Program-made: the position numbers and the translations under genes | Notes under the pieces: model-generated | What the model was told of the DNA's origin: nothing | What the model saw: only the letters and a program-made list of their open reading frames with translations | The model's database searches: none | In this document: positions 49,323 to 59,897 of the stretch, in pieces | Position numbering within the stretch: position 1 is the stretch's first letter | How the letters are laid out: each line of letters starts with the position of its first letter | Assembly: GCA_038230375.1 (NCBI GenBank) | Contig: JBBRNJ010000007.1 | Span: forward strand, 64,001-128,000 | Origin: Polyangiales bacterium | GTDB taxonomy: Bacteria; Myxococcota_A; Polyangia; Polyangiales; Polyangiaceae | Direction of reading: 5' to 3' | Length of the DNA: 64,000 nt

Positions 49323-51616
49323 TGATGCGGGACGGGGGCGACATCCTGATCGTGGACGATCAGCCGGCGAATCTCGAGGTGCTCTCCCAGCTCCTCGCTC
49401 GCGAGGGCTACCGCGTGCGCGCTGTGACGTCCGGTGAGCGCGCGCTCGAGGCCGCGCGGCTCCGTCCTCCGGACTGCATGCTGCTTGACATCGCGATGCC
49501 CGGAATGGATGGGATCGCCACCTGTGAGGCCTTCCGCAAGGACCCATGCCTGGTGCGCGTTCCGATCATCTTTCTGACCGCATTCGACGATCCAGGGCAC
49601 AAGGTGCTCGCCTTCAAGGCGGGCGGCCGCGACTACATCAGCAAGCCTTTCCAGGTCGAAGAGGTGCTCGCGCGTGTCGGCGCGCACGTAGACCTTGCGA
49701 TGATGCACGTGGAGCGCGCGCGCGCGCTCGAGTCTCGATTCCGTGCGCTCGTCGAGAACAGCAGTGACGGGATCGCGCTCACGGATAGCAGCGGCATGCT
49801 GACGTACGTGAGCCCCTCCGGCAAGCGGATGCTTGGCCTCGACGCGTTGCTCTTCAGCACGAACGTCACCACGTCCTGGCACCCCGAGGACGCGCCGGCC
49901 ATGCGCGAGAACCGCGAGTGGATGCTCAGGCATCCAGGGGAGAGCCTGACCTCGGAATGTCGTATTCGAGACGCGAAGGGGGAGTGGCGCTGGCTGGAGA
50001 TCGTGTCCACGAACCTGCTGAACGACCCAGCGGTGAACGGCGTCATCAACAACTTCCGTGACGTGACGGAGCGGCGCCGTACGCTCGATGACCTGCGCGC
50101 GAGCGAGAGCCGTTTTCGCGCGCTCACCGACTCTGGCGTCGCCGGGATCGCCATCGCCGAGCCGCGCGGAATCGTCGAGGCCAACGAGGCCTTCCTTGCC
50201 ATGGTCGGCTACACCCGGGAGGATCTCCTCAACGGAGCGCTGAGCCCGGCTGCGTTGACACCGCCGGAGCTCTTGCGCGCGAACGACGCGGCCCTCGAGG
50301 AGGTTCGCGCGCGCGGATTTGCCACGCCCTGGGAGACCGACTACGTCAAGAAGGACGGGAGCCGCGTCCCCTGTCTGGTCGGTGTCTCGGCGATCGACGC
50401 ATCACGCACCATCTACTTCGTGATCGACCTGAGCCAGCGCAAGCAGATCGAATCCGCGCTCGAGCGGAGCGAGAACCAGCTCCGGCAGGCGCAGAAGATG
50501 GAGGCCGTGGGCAGGCTCGCCGGCGGCGTTGCGCACGACTTCAACAATCTCCTATCGGTGATCCTGAGCTACTCGTCCATTGCCGTCGAGACGCTCCGGC
50601 CCGAGGACCCTCTGCGCGGCGATCTCGAGGAGATCGTCATTGCAGGAGGACGCGCCGCCGAGCTCACGACGCAGCTTCTCGCCTTCAGCAGACAGCAGGT
50701 GCTGCAGCCCACGGTCATTGACCTCAATGACGCGATCTCCAACATGGGAAAGATGCTGGAACGGCTGCTCGGCGAGGACGTCGAGCTGCGGACGGTGCTC
50801 GCACCGGGGCTCTCAGCCGTGCTCGCCGATCGCGGACAGACGGAGCAGATCATCATGAATCTGGCCGTGAACGCGCGCGACGCCATGGCGAACGGTGGCA
50901 AGCTGACGATCGAGACCACCAACATCGACCTGGACGAAAGCTATGTGCAGCGGCACCTTGGCGCGAAGCCTGGACGTCACGTGATGCTCGCCGTGAGCGA
51001 CTCCGGCGCCGGCATGGACAAGGCAACGCAGGCGCAGATCTTCGACCCATTCTTCACGACCAAAGAGGTGGGCAAGGGCACCGGGCTCGGGCTTGCGACG
51101 GTGCTCGGGATCGTCCAGCAGAGCGGAGGCTCCATCGACGTCTACAGCGAGCCCGGGCTCGGCACCACGTTCAAGGTGTTCTTCCCGGTGTGCGAACAGT
51201 CGGTGGAGCCGGCCGTGGACGTGGTCCCGGCAAAAGGTGGACGCGAGGGGGAAACGATCCTCCTTGTGGAAGACGAAGCGAAGGTACGGGTGCTGGTGCA
51301 GTCGATCCTGACGCGGCGGCGGTACCGGGTGCTGGCCGCGGCATCGCCGACGGAGGCGCTCGCGCTGAGCGCTGGCTTCGACGGCAAGATCCACCTCTTG
51401 CTGACGGACGTCGTCATGCCAGGCATGAATGGGCGGCAGCTGGCAGAAGAGGTCCGGAAGACGCGCGCAGACCTCCAGGTGCTCTACATGTCCGGCTATA
51501 CCGCGAACGTCGTTCTGGAGCGCGGCATCGCCAGCGGCTCTGCGTTCGTCCAGAAGCCCATCACGCCGGACACGTTGTCCCGCGCTGTCCGGTCGGCGCT
51601 CGACCTGGGTCCGTAG
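49322..51616 (+). CDS. Hybrid histidine kinase REC-PAS-PAS-HisKA-HATPase-REC
   Basis: VDD..LLDIAMP..KPF, two PAS domains, AHDFNN, NLAVNARDAM, FFTTK and LLTDVVMP. Confidence 0.93.
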   Translation: MMRDGGDILIVDDQPANLEVLSQLLAREGYRVRAVTSGERALEAARLRPPDCMLLDIAMPGMDGIATCEAFRKDPCLVRVPIIFLTAFDDPGHKVLAFKAGGRDYISKPFQVEEVLARVGAHVDLAMMHVERARALESRFRALVENSSDGIALTDSSGMLTYVSPSGKRMLGLDALLFSTNVTTSWHPEDAPAMRENREWMLRHPGESLTSECRIRDAKGEWRWLEIVSTNLLNDPAVNGVINNFRDVTERRRTLDDLRASESRFRALTDSGVAGIAIAEPRGIVEANEAFLAMVGYTREDLLNGALSPAALTPPELLRANDAALEEVRARGFATPWETDYVKKDGSRVPCLVGVSAIDASRTIYFVIDLSQRKQIESALERSENQLRQAQKMEAVGRLAGGVAHDFNNLLSVILSYSSIAVETLRPEDPLRGDLEEIVIAGGRAAELTTQLLAFSRQQVLQPTVIDLNDAISNMGKMLERLLGEDVELRTVLAPGLSAVLADRGQTEQIIMNLAVNARDAMANGGKLTIETTNIDLDESYVQRHLGAKPGRHVMLAVSDSGAGMDKATQAQIFDPFFTTKEVGKGTGLGLATVLGIVQQSGGSIDVYSEPGLGTTFKVFFPVCEQSVEPAVDVVPAKGGREGETILLVEDEAKVRVLVQSILTRRRYRVLAAASPTEALALSAGFDGKIHLLLTDVVMPGMNGRQLAEEVRKTRADLQVLYMSGYTANVVLERGIASGSAFVQKPITPDTLSRAVRSALDLGP

Positions 51617-51619
51617 GCA

Positions 51620-54600
51620 TCACCGCTGCGAGAGCTCTCGAAGAACCGCGGTGAGCTCCTGGTTGGTCCGTTCCAGTTGCTCCTGCACATCGGGCCAGTC
51701 CTCCGATGCGGCGGCGCGCTCCAGCGCAGCGGCGGATTCGACCAGCGCGTTCGCGTCGAACGTCAACGCCTGGCCGCGCAACCGGTGGGCGGCATAGTCG
51801 ACCGCCTTCCGGTCGCGGCGCAAAACGGCGTCGGAGAGCAGCTGAAAGGTCTCTGGCGCGAGCTCCACGAAGCGCTGGAGGGCCCGCTCGAGGGCGCCCG
51901 AGTCTCCGCCGAGCCGTCCGAGGGCACGTGACAGGTCGAGTCGCGCAACGACCGGCTCTGGCTTGCTCCGCTCTGCGCCGTTCGTTCCCGCCACGCGCCC
52001 GGTGTCGCGGAGTCGCTCCCCCAGCACGCGAAGCAAATGGCTGGCGTCAAACGGCTTGCTCACGTGGGCGTTCATGCCTGCCTCGATCGCGAGCGCCAGG
52101 TCGCCGCTCGCGGAGCTGGCGGTCAATGCGATGATCGAGAGCGAGCGCGCTCCAAGGAGCCTGCCGTCATGCTCGAGGGCGCGGATCCGCCGCGCGGTCT
52201 CGTAGCCATCGATGCCGGGAAGCCGGCAATCAAGCAGCACGGCGTCGTACGAGCGTCGCGTGAGCAGCTCGATCGCCTCCTCCCCAGTCTCCGCGAGATC
52301 CACGCGATAGCCCGCCTTGCCGAGCACGCGCGCGGCGATCTCGGCGTTCACGGCGCTGTCGTCCACGACGAGCACACAGGCTCCGTCGCCGGAGGTGTGC
52401 ACGTGCTCCTCGTTCGGCGCGTGGGTCCCACGGATGCCGCGGATGGCAGCGTCGAGCTTGGCGTTCCAGAACGGGCTCGGGCATCGTGCCGTGATCAGCA
52501 ACCGGCTTGCCTCCTCTGCCTCCATTGGCCGGCGGAGCGACTCCAGGAAGATCACGCGAACGCCCTGGCTCGCCGCGCCGGCGGCGACCTTCGCCATGGC
52601 ACGGCCGTCGAACTGGGGCGGATCGTCGACGATGACAACCATCGCATGACGACCGGCGCGCAGGCGCTCCGCCACCCGGTCCACCGAGTCGGCCGGCTCG
52701 GCGGAATAGCCGCGGGCCGCGAGCGCGCTCGCCAGCACGCTTCGCTGGCGCACGTCTCCTGCGACGACCAGCACGTGTCGCTCTGTGGGTGCCTGGCGGA
52801 CTGGCTGCTCACCGCGGGCGAGCAACATCCGGAGCGTCACGGTGAATCGAGAGCCGACGCCAAGCTCGCTCTCCAGGCTCAGCCGCCCGCCCATGCGCTG
52901 CGTGAGCTCGCGGCTGATGGCGAGACCGAGTCCCGTGCCGGCGCCGCGCTGCGCCGCTGACTCCAGGCTGGCGAACGGAACGAAGACGCGCTCGGCGTCA
53001 GCTTCAGCGATTCCGATGCCCGTGTCGGAGACCTGCACGCGAACAACGATCGCGTCCTGCTCACGCTCGGCAACGGTCAGGTTGATGCCCACCTCACCGC
53101 GCGACGTGAACTTGATGGCGTTGCCAAGGAGGTTCGTCAGAACCTGGCGCAAGCGTCCCGCGTCGCCGATCACGCGGGGCACCTCGTCCGCGCGACACGC
53201 CAGAAGCAGCCCCTTTTCGCTCGCTCGCGTGGCGAACACGCCCACGGCGTCGTCGATCACGTCCTGGAGTGAGAGCTCCTCTGAAGCGATCTCCAGGCCG
53301 CCCGCGTCGAACTTGGAGAAGTCCAGGACGTCGTTGATCACGGAGAGCAGGCCGTGCGCGGAGGCGCGTGCGAGCTCCGCGTAGCGCTTCTGGCGCGCAT
53401 CGAGCGGCCCGCTCGCGAGGAGGTCGATCATGCCGATCACCCCGCTCACCGGCGAGCGCAGCTCGTGGCTCATGGCTGCGAGGAACGCGGACTTTGCGCG
53501 CATGCCAGCCAGCGCATCTTCCTTCGCGCGCGCCATCGCCTCCACGCTGCGGCGCTGCTCGGTCACGTCCATCACGATCGACTGGTAGGCGGATCTCTCG
53601 CCGCGCTGGATCGTGGAGACGTGGAACTGAGCGATGAAGTCCTCGCCCGTGACGCGGCGAGCCGTCCACTCGGCTCGCGCGGAGCCGTGGCACCGCGCCT
53701 GTTCCAGGACGGCCTCCACGAGCTCCTTCGTCGGGCGGCCGTCGGGTTGCAGCTCCGGTGCAAGCTGTGCCACGCCTACCTTTGCGAAGTCGTCGCGCGA
53801 GGACACGTCGTACAGCTTCAGCGCCGCGTCGTTGCAGTCGATCAACGCCAACGTCTCCACGTCGCGCATCGTGACGGCCGCGGCAGTGAAGGTGAAGAGC
53901 CCGCGATAGAGTCGCTCCGAGTCTGCCAGCGCGATCTCGGCGAGCTTTCGCTCGTGGATGTCCGAGGTCCGTCCGATCACGCGCCTTCTGCCGCGCTCGT
54001 CCACGAACACGGTCGCCATGCTTCGCCGCCACTGCGGCCCCTCGCCGGTGCGCACCAGGCGCCACTCCAGGTCCATTCGCCTCGGGTCGGGCGGCTGTGA
54101 CGGCGTCGCCAGGGCCATCAACGCGGCGCGCACGCGCTCTCGGTCGTGGGGGTGTACGTGCTGGAGCGCCTCCTGCGAGCCCTGCAGCGCTGGGTCCTTG
54201 TGTGCGCTGACGAACGTGCTCGAGCCCAGGTCGTCGTCCACGTTCCACTCCCAGACCAGATCGTTCGTCACCTCTGCGGCGAGCGCATGCCGTTCGTACG
54301 CGCTGCGCAGCGCCTGGCGCGCGACGTTCCGCGGGCCGATGTCCGTGGACGTGATCACGATGCCGCGAACATCTGGTTGGTCCAGACGGTTGATCGCCAC
54401 GATCTCACGCTCGGCCCAGACCCCGAGGCCGGTGTTCCCGCGAAGCTCGACAAACACCGGTACGTTCGGCTTTTCAAGCGCTTCGTCGACCGCCGCGCGG
54501 GCGGTCGGTCGAAGGTCCTCCGGGAGCATCTCGTAGATGGTCGCGCTGCCGATGCTCGCGAAGCGGTGCAGCCCCATCGCTTGTTGCGTATGCGAGGCGA

Positions 54601-54742
54601 ACTTCACGACGGCGTCCTTGTCGACGACCCAGTGGGCGGCCCAAGCGTTCTCCATCACCGTGCGATAGACGCGGAGCTCCTTGATCTCCGCGCGGGCCTC
54701 TGCCAGCTCGCGATCCTTGTCGTCGTCTCCCTCCGACATCAC
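51620..54742 (-). CDS. Hybrid histidine kinase PAS(x3)-HisKA-HATPase-pseudoREC-REC-Hpt
   Basis: MSHELRSP, NLLGNAIKFT, GTGLGL, VLLDCRLP and AAHRLRG Hpt motif. Confidence 0.9.
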   Translation of the reverse strand: MMSEGDDDKDRELAEARAEIKELRVYRTVMENAWAAHWVVDKDAVVKFASHTQQAMGLHRFASIGSATIYEMLPEDLRPTARAAVDEALEKPNVPVFVELRGNTGLGVWAEREIVAINRLDQPDVRGIVITSTDIGPRNVARQALRSAYERHALAAEVTNDLVWEWNVDDDLGSSTFVSAHKDPALQGSQEALQHVHPHDRERVRAALMALATPSQPPDPRRMDLEWRLVRTGEGPQWRRSMATVFVDERGRRRVIGRTSDIHERKLAEIALADSERLYRGLFTFTAAAVTMRDVETLALIDCNDAALKLYDVSSRDDFAKVGVAQLAPELQPDGRPTKELVEAVLEQARCHGSARAEWTARRVTGEDFIAQFHVSTIQRGERSAYQSIVMDVTEQRRSVEAMARAKEDALAGMRAKSAFLAAMSHELRSPVSGVIGMIDLLASGPLDARQKRYAELARASAHGLLSVINDVLDFSKFDAGGLEIASEELSLQDVIDDAVGVFATRASEKGLLLACRADEVPRVIGDAGRLRQVLTNLLGNAIKFTSRGEVGINLTVAEREQDAIVVRVQVSDTGIGIAEADAERVFVPFASLESAAQRGAGTGLGLAISRELTQRMGGRLSLESELGVGSRFTVTLRMLLARGEQPVRQAPTERHVLVVAGDVRQRSVLASALAARGYSAEPADSVDRVAERLRAGRHAMVVIVDDPPQFDGRAMAKVAAGAASQGVRVIFLESLRRPMEAEEASRLLITARCPSPFWNAKLDAAIRGIRGTHAPNEEHVHTSGDGACVLVVDDSAVNAEIAARVLGKAGYRVDLAETGEEAIELLTRRSYDAVLLDCRLPGIDGYETARRIRALEHDGRLLGARSLSIIALTASSASGDLALAIEAGMNAHVSKPFDASHLLRVLGERLRDTGRVAGTNGAERSKPEPVVARLDLSRALGRLGGDSGALERALQRFVELAPETFQLLSDAVLRRDRKAVDYAAHRLRGQALTFDANALVESAAALERAAASEDWPDVQEQLERTNQELTAVLRELSQR

Positions 54743-56073
54743 CCCATCCCGTAGCGTTTGAGCTTTTCCCAGAGCGTGGAGCGAGAGATGCCGAGCGCAC
54801 TCGCGGCGCGGCTACGAGAGCCACCGACCTCCGCGAGGGTGCGTGTGATGTGAAGTCGTTCGGCGTCCTCGAGTCGCGTCGCCGGCATGCTGGCGGTGAC
54901 GGTCGTGGCCGTGATGGGAAGGTCGAAGCTCTCTGGCCCGACGGTGCTCGAGGTCGCGAGCATGGTCGCGCGCTCGACGGCATTGCGGAGCTCGCGGACG
55001 TTGCCGGGCCAGCCGTACGCGGTGAGGAGCGATGGTACGTCGCGCGTGAAGCGCAGGCCTGGCCGCCCGAACTCGCCGCGGAACTTCGCCAGGAAGTGCT
55101 CTGCAAGCGGAACGATATCCTCCTGCCTCTCGCGGAGCGGCGGGATGCGGAGCACCACCGTGGCCAGGCGATAGTAGAGGTCCGCGCGCAGTCGACCGCT
55201 CGCGATCGCCTCCTGCGGATCGCGGTTCGTCGCGGCGAGCACGCGCACGTTCATGCGTCGCTCGCGATCCGATCCGACCGGGAAATAGCGGCGTTCCTCG
55301 AGCACGCGGAGGAGCTTGGGCTGCAGCTCGGGCTTGAACTCGCACAGCTCGTCCAGGAGCAACGTGCCTCCTTCAGCGCTCGCGAAGTGACCGGCGCGGT
55401 CGCGCTTGGAGTCCGTGAAGGCGCCCTTCACGCTGCCGAACAGCTCCGCCTCGATCATGCTCTCCGGGATCGCCGCAAGGTTCACGCGCACCATGGGCGC
55501 CGCGCTGCGGTCGCTCTCCTGGTGGATGCGCGCAGCGAGCACCTCCTTGCCGACGCCGCTCTCTCCCAGGATGAGCGCGGAGGATGCGGGCGTGGCCGCC
55601 ACACGCGACGCAACGTTGAAGACCTCCTGGAGCGCGGAGCTCGCCACGACCGCCGACGTTGCGCTGCGGTCGGTCGCCTCGTAGAGCGCGAGCTTGCGGC
55701 GCGCGGTCGCCGACTCCATCGCGCGCGCGAGCCGCGTGGTCAGGTCCGCGGCGTCGAACGGCTTCGAGATGTAGTCCGCCGCGCCCATGCGCATGGCCTC
55801 GACCGCGCCTTCGATCTCGGCGCGGGCGGTGATCACAAGGACCTGTGGCGACGGCTCGCGATCGAGTGCGTGGCGAAGCACGTCAAGGCCTGCACCGTCG
55901 GGTAGGAACATGTCGAGCATCATCGCGTCGTAGTCGGACGCGTCGAGCGCTGCCTTGGCGTCCTTCACGTTTCGAGCAATGCGAACGTCGTGCCCTCGCG
56001 CCTGCAAGACGTCGAGCAGCATGTTCGCGACGACTTCATCGTCGTCCACCACGAGGATCTTCCCGCCCGCCAC
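54739..56073 (-). CDS. Sigma54-dependent response regulator (NtrC family; REC-AAA+-HTH)
   Basis: GESGVGKE, ELFGSVKGAFTD, LLLDE, RADLYYRL, WPGNVREL and LGISRSTLWEKL. Confidence 0.95.
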   Translation of the reverse strand: MAGGKILVVDDDEVVANMLLDVLQARGHDVRIARNVKDAKAALDASDYDAMMLDMFLPDGAGLDVLRHALDREPSPQVLVITARAEIEGAVEAMRMGAADYISKPFDAADLTTRLARAMESATARRKLALYEATDRSATSAVVASSALQEVFNVASRVAATPASSALILGESGVGKEVLAARIHQESDRSAAPMVRVNLAAIPESMIEAELFGSVKGAFTDSKRDRAGHFASAEGGTLLLDELCEFKPELQPKLLRVLEERRYFPVGSDRERRMNVRVLAATNRDPQEAIASGRLRADLYYRLATVVLRIPPLRERQEDIVPLAEHFLAKFRGEFGRPGLRFTRDVPSLLTAYGWPGNVRELRNAVERATMLATSSTVGPESFDLPITATTVTASMPATRLEDAERLHITRTLAEVGGSRSRAASALGISRSTLWEKLKRYGMG

Positions 56074-56114
56074 TGCGAGACTTTCGCATCGCTACCTCCG
56101 AGACGCCAGACGCG

Positions 56115-56163
56115 TGTTCGACTTCCGAACATTTGGGGCTCGGCGGCGTTCGACATCCGGACG
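56115..56163. promoter_or_regulatory. Tandem palindromic enhancer sites GTTCG-N5-CGRAC
   Basis: TGTTCGACTTCCGAACA (56115-56131) and CGTTCGACATCCGGACG (56147-56163), 32 bp apart. Confidence 0.7.
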
Positions 56164-56204
56164 GGCGAAGCCTCCAACCGTGCGCGTCTGCGGGCGGATT
56201 GCGC

Positions 56205-56220
56205 TGGCCCGCACCTTGCG
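56205..56220 (+). promoter_or_regulatory. Sigma54 -24/-12 promoter
   Basis: TGGCCCGCACCTTGCG matches TGGCACG-N4-TTGC spacing. It is adjacent to a divergent bEBP gene. Confidence 0.78.
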
Positions 56221-56255
56221 TACCGGCCCGCATGGCAATGCAAATGGGGGTAGCG

Positions 56256-56504
56256 ATGGACAAGGAGAGCGAGGAGCTGCTGGTGCCGGACGAGCAGGTT
56301 CAGGACTGCACCATGGTCGCTCTACAGGCGGCGCACAGGCTCAACAACATCGTCACGGTCATCCTGGCCAACACGGATGCGCTGCTGAGCGCCCATGGAC
56401 CAGACACCGAGGTCGGACAGTGCGCGACCGAGATACACGAGGCCGCGGTACGCGCGACCGCGCTGAGCGCGGAGATCTTCAACGCCGTTCGCCGTCGCCC
56501 GTGA
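56256..56504 (+). CDS. Stand-alone HisKA/DHp-like small protein (82 aa)
   Basis: AAHRLNNIVTVILAN H-box-like helix, then EIHEAAVRATALSAEI. No ATPase domain. Confidence 0.65.
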   Translation: MDKESEELLVPDEQVQDCTMVALQAAHRLNNIVTVILANTDALLSAHGPDTEVGQCATEIHEAAVRATALSAEIFNAVRRRP

Positions 56505-56544
56505 ACGCAGTGAACGTTAGCTTGGAGCTCGGGGGCTCCCACAC

Positions 56545-58071
56545 ATGTATCCGTTTGAACAGATCTTCGAGAGCGCGCCGATCGGCATGGCCCTCGTGTC
56601 ACTCGATGGCCGCTGGCTCCAGGTCAACCGCGCGCTGTGCACGCTCGTGGGATACGACGCAGCGCAGCTGCTCGAGCTGACGCAAAAGGACGTCACGCAC
56701 CCCGATGACCTCGAACTGGATCTCGACCACATCCGCAAGTTGCTCGAGGGCGAGCTCACCACGTACCAGATGGAGAAGCGGTACATCCGCGCAGACTGGA
56801 AGGTCGTCAATGTGATGCTGAGCGCGTCGCTGGTACGCGATGACGCCGGCCGGCCCGTGCACTTCGTCTCGCAGATCCAGGATGTCACGGAGCAGCGTCA
56901 GATGGAGGAGCAGCTTCGCCAGGCGCAGAAGCTGGAGGCGATCGGCCTGCTCGCGGGCGGCATCGCGCACGACTTCAACAACATGCTCTCCGTGATCATG
57001 GGGCATGCAGACGCGGCGCTGGAGAGCTTGACGATAGGCCAGGCAGCTCGCGAGGATGTGGCGGAGGTGAAGCGCGCCAGCGTGCGCGCGGGGCAGCTCA
57101 CGAAACAGTTGCTTGCGTTTGGTCGGAGACAGTTCCTGTCGCCCCGGGTGACGCCCCTCTGCGAGTCGGTTCGCGACCTGGAGAAGATGCTGCTGACGCT
57201 CGTGCGCGGCGACATCGAGCTCACGCTGCCGCAGTGTGGCACGCCTGGAAACGTCTACGCAGACCCAGGCCAGATCGCGCAGATCGTGATGAACCTGGTG
57301 GTCAATGCACGCGACGCGATGCCCAAGGGCGGCCGGCTCACGCTCGACGTCACTGGTGTGGAGATCGACGAGACCCTGGGCGCGAAGCTTGGCGGCGCCA
57401 GGTCCGGTGCGTACATGATGCTCACCGTCGCCGACACCGGGCATGGGATGGACAGAGCCACGCAGCTGCGCATCTTCGAGCCGTTCTTCACCACCAAGGC
57501 GCCTGGCACCGGCACGGGCCTCGGCCTCTCGACGGTGTTCGGCATCGTGAAGCAGAGCTGCGGCTACATTGCTGTGGAGAGCGTGGTGGGGTCAGGCAGT
57601 ACCTTCCGCGTCTATCTGCCTCGCACGGACCGTGCACCCACCGAGCCTGTCGGGACGTTTTCTGCATCGCCCCTCGAAGGGGGAGAGACCATCCTGCTGG
57701 TGGACGACGACCAGCATGTTCGCGCGGTCATGCGCAACAGCCTCCGAAGGCGCGGCTACGACGTGCTCGAGGCGCAGGGCCCGGGGGACGCGCTCGTGAT
57801 CGCGGAGAAGCATCCTGGGCGCATCGATCTTCTGGTCACGGACGTGGTGATGCCGCGCATGAGCGGGCCGGAGCTGGTGGAGCGTGTCACCGCGCTTCGG
57901 CCGGGGGTGCGCGTGCTCATGTCTTCGGGCTACCCCGACGACGTCTCGTTCTCGATCTACCGGCGGGGCGCGTTCCTGCAGAAGCCGTTCGCATCGGACG
58001 ACCTGCTCCGCAAGGTTCGCGAGGCCATCGACCATGTCGTCGAGCGCACGGGCGTCGATTCGGTGGCGTGA
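56545..58071 (+). CDS. Hybrid histidine kinase PAS-HisKA-HATPase-REC
   Basis: PAS (THPDD), [21 protein letters not shown] and LVTDVVMP. Confidence 0.93.
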   Translation: MYPFEQIFESAPIGMALVSLDGRWLQVNRALCTLVGYDAAQLLELTQKDVTHPDDLELDLDHIRKLLEGELTTYQMEKRYIRADWKVVNVMLSASLVRDDAGRPVHFVSQIQDVTEQRQMEEQLRQAQKLEAIGLLAGGIAHDFNNMLSVIMGHADAALESLTIGQAAREDVAEVKRASVRAGQLTKQLLAFGRRQFLSPRVTPLCESVRDLEKMLLTLVRGDIELTLPQCGTPGNVYADPGQIAQIVMNLVVNARDAMPKGGRLTLDVTGVEIDETLGAKLGGARSGAYMMLTVADTGHGMDRATQLRIFEPFFTTKAPGTGTGLGLSTVFGIVKQSCGYIAVESVVGSGSTFRVYLPRTDRAPTEPVGTFSASPLEGGETILLVDDDQHVRAVMRNSLRRRGYDVLEAQGPGDALVIAEKHPGRIDLLVTDVVMPRMSGPELVERVTALRPGVRVLMSSGYPDDVSFSIYRRGAFLQKPFASDDLLRKVREAIDHVVERTGVDSVA

Positions 58072-58131
58072 GTGCGTGAATGGCTGAACCGGCCATTTCC
58101 CGCCAGGCGCCGGTGCCCGTCCTCACCAGAC

Positions 58132-59838
58132 ATGAGAGACATCAGCATTGGCAGACGAATTTCGCTGGCGTTCACCGCGGTCATCTTGATCGCCAGCGCC
58201 GTGGGCGCATACGCCTTCATCCAGACGTACATCATGCGCACGGAGTCCTCGAGGATCCGCGAGCAGTACCTGGTCGCCCTGGACGCCGCGCAGCAGCTGG
58301 ATGGGCTCCAGCGCGCGCAGACGGTGCTGCTGATGAAGCACATCATCGCCGACGAGCCGAGCGAGATGCGCGCCATCGAGGCGGAGCTGGAGCAGCAGCG
58401 CGGCCAGATCGAGCAGGCTGTCGCGGAGCTGGACGCTCACACGACTTCGGACGAGGACCACCGCCTCCTTGCGACTCTCAAGATCCTCCGCGCCAAGCGT
58501 GTCGCCGCGCGCGACAAGGCCATGGACCACAGCCGGAAGCTCGAGAACAAGGAGGCGATGGAGGTTGTCCACGGCGAGTATCTGCCCGCGGATCGCGACG
58601 CGCAGGCTGCCGCGGCGACCATCCTGGGCCGCAACCGTGATGCCGCAGAGGGAGCGACCCGCCAGATCGGAGCGTCGATTCACTCCGCTCAGATCGGCAT
58701 CGTGGTGGGGCTGGTGTTCGCGATGATCGTTGGCCTCATCATCGGGCAGCTGATGACCCGGAGCATCACGAAGCCGCTTGCTGCGGCCGTCGAGGTGGTT
58801 CGCAGCGTCGCCTCGGGTGACCTGGCGGTGCGCGCGGACGGGACGTCGAAGGACGAGCTCGGTCAGATGATGAGCGACATGAACGTGATGATGGAGAACC
58901 TGGAGCAGAGCGCCAAGATCGCCACGTCGATCTCCGACGGCGATCTCACGGTGAAGCCGACGGTGCTCTCACCGAAGGACTCGCTCGGCGAGGCGCTGCA
59001 GAGCATGGTGGAAAACCTCCGCTCCGTCGTGATGGACGTCAATACGGCAGCCAGCAACGTCGCAGCCGGCAGCGAGCAGCTGTCCGGCAGCGCGCAGTCG
59101 CTCTCCCAAGGCACCAGCGAGCAGAGCTCGTCGGCGCAAGAGACGACCTCTTCGATGGAGGAGATGACAGCGAGCATCCAGCAGTGCCTGGACAACGCGC
59201 GTCAGACGGAGCGCATCGCGGCAAAGTCCGCGGAGGACGCGAGGACCAGCGGCGAGGCGGTCAAGAACACGGTGTCTGCGATCCGTCAGATCGCGGAGCG
59301 TATCGGCGTGATCGAGGAGATCGCGCGCAAGACAGACCTTCTTGCGCTGAATGCGGCAGTGGAGGCGGCGCGCGCTGGAGAGCATGGAAAGGGCTTCGCG
59401 GTGGTCGCGTCCGAGGTCCGCAAGCTCGCGGAGCGCAGCCAGACCGCTGCCGGCGAGATCAGCCAGCTGACGAACTCGTGCGTTGGCGCGGCGGAGAGCG
59501 CGGGGCAGCTGCTCGAGCGGCTCGTGCCTGACATCAAGAAGACCGCGGAGCTGGTCCAAGACATCGCGGCGGCCACCGGCGAGCAGGCCACGGGAGCCAC
59601 GCAGGTGAACCGCGCAATGCAGCAACTCGATACGGTCATCCAGAGCAACTCGGCCGCGTCCGAGGAGCTGGCGTCCACGGCTGAAGAGCTGTCTGCGCAG
59701 TCCGCGCAGCTCCGAGAGAACATCGCGTTCTTCAAGCTGGATGCGCGCACGCCGCAGGCAGCGGGCCGGAACAACGTCACGGTCTTGCCGCGTTCAGCGG
59801 CGCAGGTGTCCACCCACAAGGAGCGCGACGTCGCCTGA
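58132..59838 (+). CDS. Methyl-accepting chemotaxis protein 1
   Basis: Two TMs, four-helix sensor, HAMPs and [40 protein letters not shown]. Confidence 0.95.
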   Translation: MRDISIGRRISLAFTAVILIASAVGAYAFIQTYIMRTESSRIREQYLVALDAAQQLDGLQRAQTVLLMKHIIADEPSEMRAIEAELEQQRGQIEQAVAELDAHTTSDEDHRLLATLKILRAKRVAARDKAMDHSRKLENKEAMEVVHGEYLPADRDAQAAAATILGRNRDAAEGATRQIGASIHSAQIGIVVGLVFAMIVGLIIGQLMTRSITKPLAAAVEVVRSVASGDLAVRADGTSKDELGQMMSDMNVMMENLEQSAKIATSISDGDLTVKPTVLSPKDSLGEALQSMVENLRSVVMDVNTAASNVAAGSEQLSGSAQSLSQGTSEQSSSAQETTSSMEEMTASIQQCLDNARQTERIAAKSAEDARTSGEAVKNTVSAIRQIAERIGVIEEIARKTDLLALNAAVEAARAGEHGKGFAVVASEVRKLAERSQTAAGEISQLTNSCVGAAESAGQLLERLVPDIKKTAELVQDIAAATGEQATGATQVNRAMQQLDTVIQSNSAASEELASTAEELSAQSAQLRENIAFFKLDARTPQAAGRNNVTVLPRSAAQVSTHKERDVA

Positions 59839-59897
59839 GCGCACGAATGGCCGCACCGGCCATTTCTCGCCCAGGTCGTACGGCCGTGATCAAAGAA

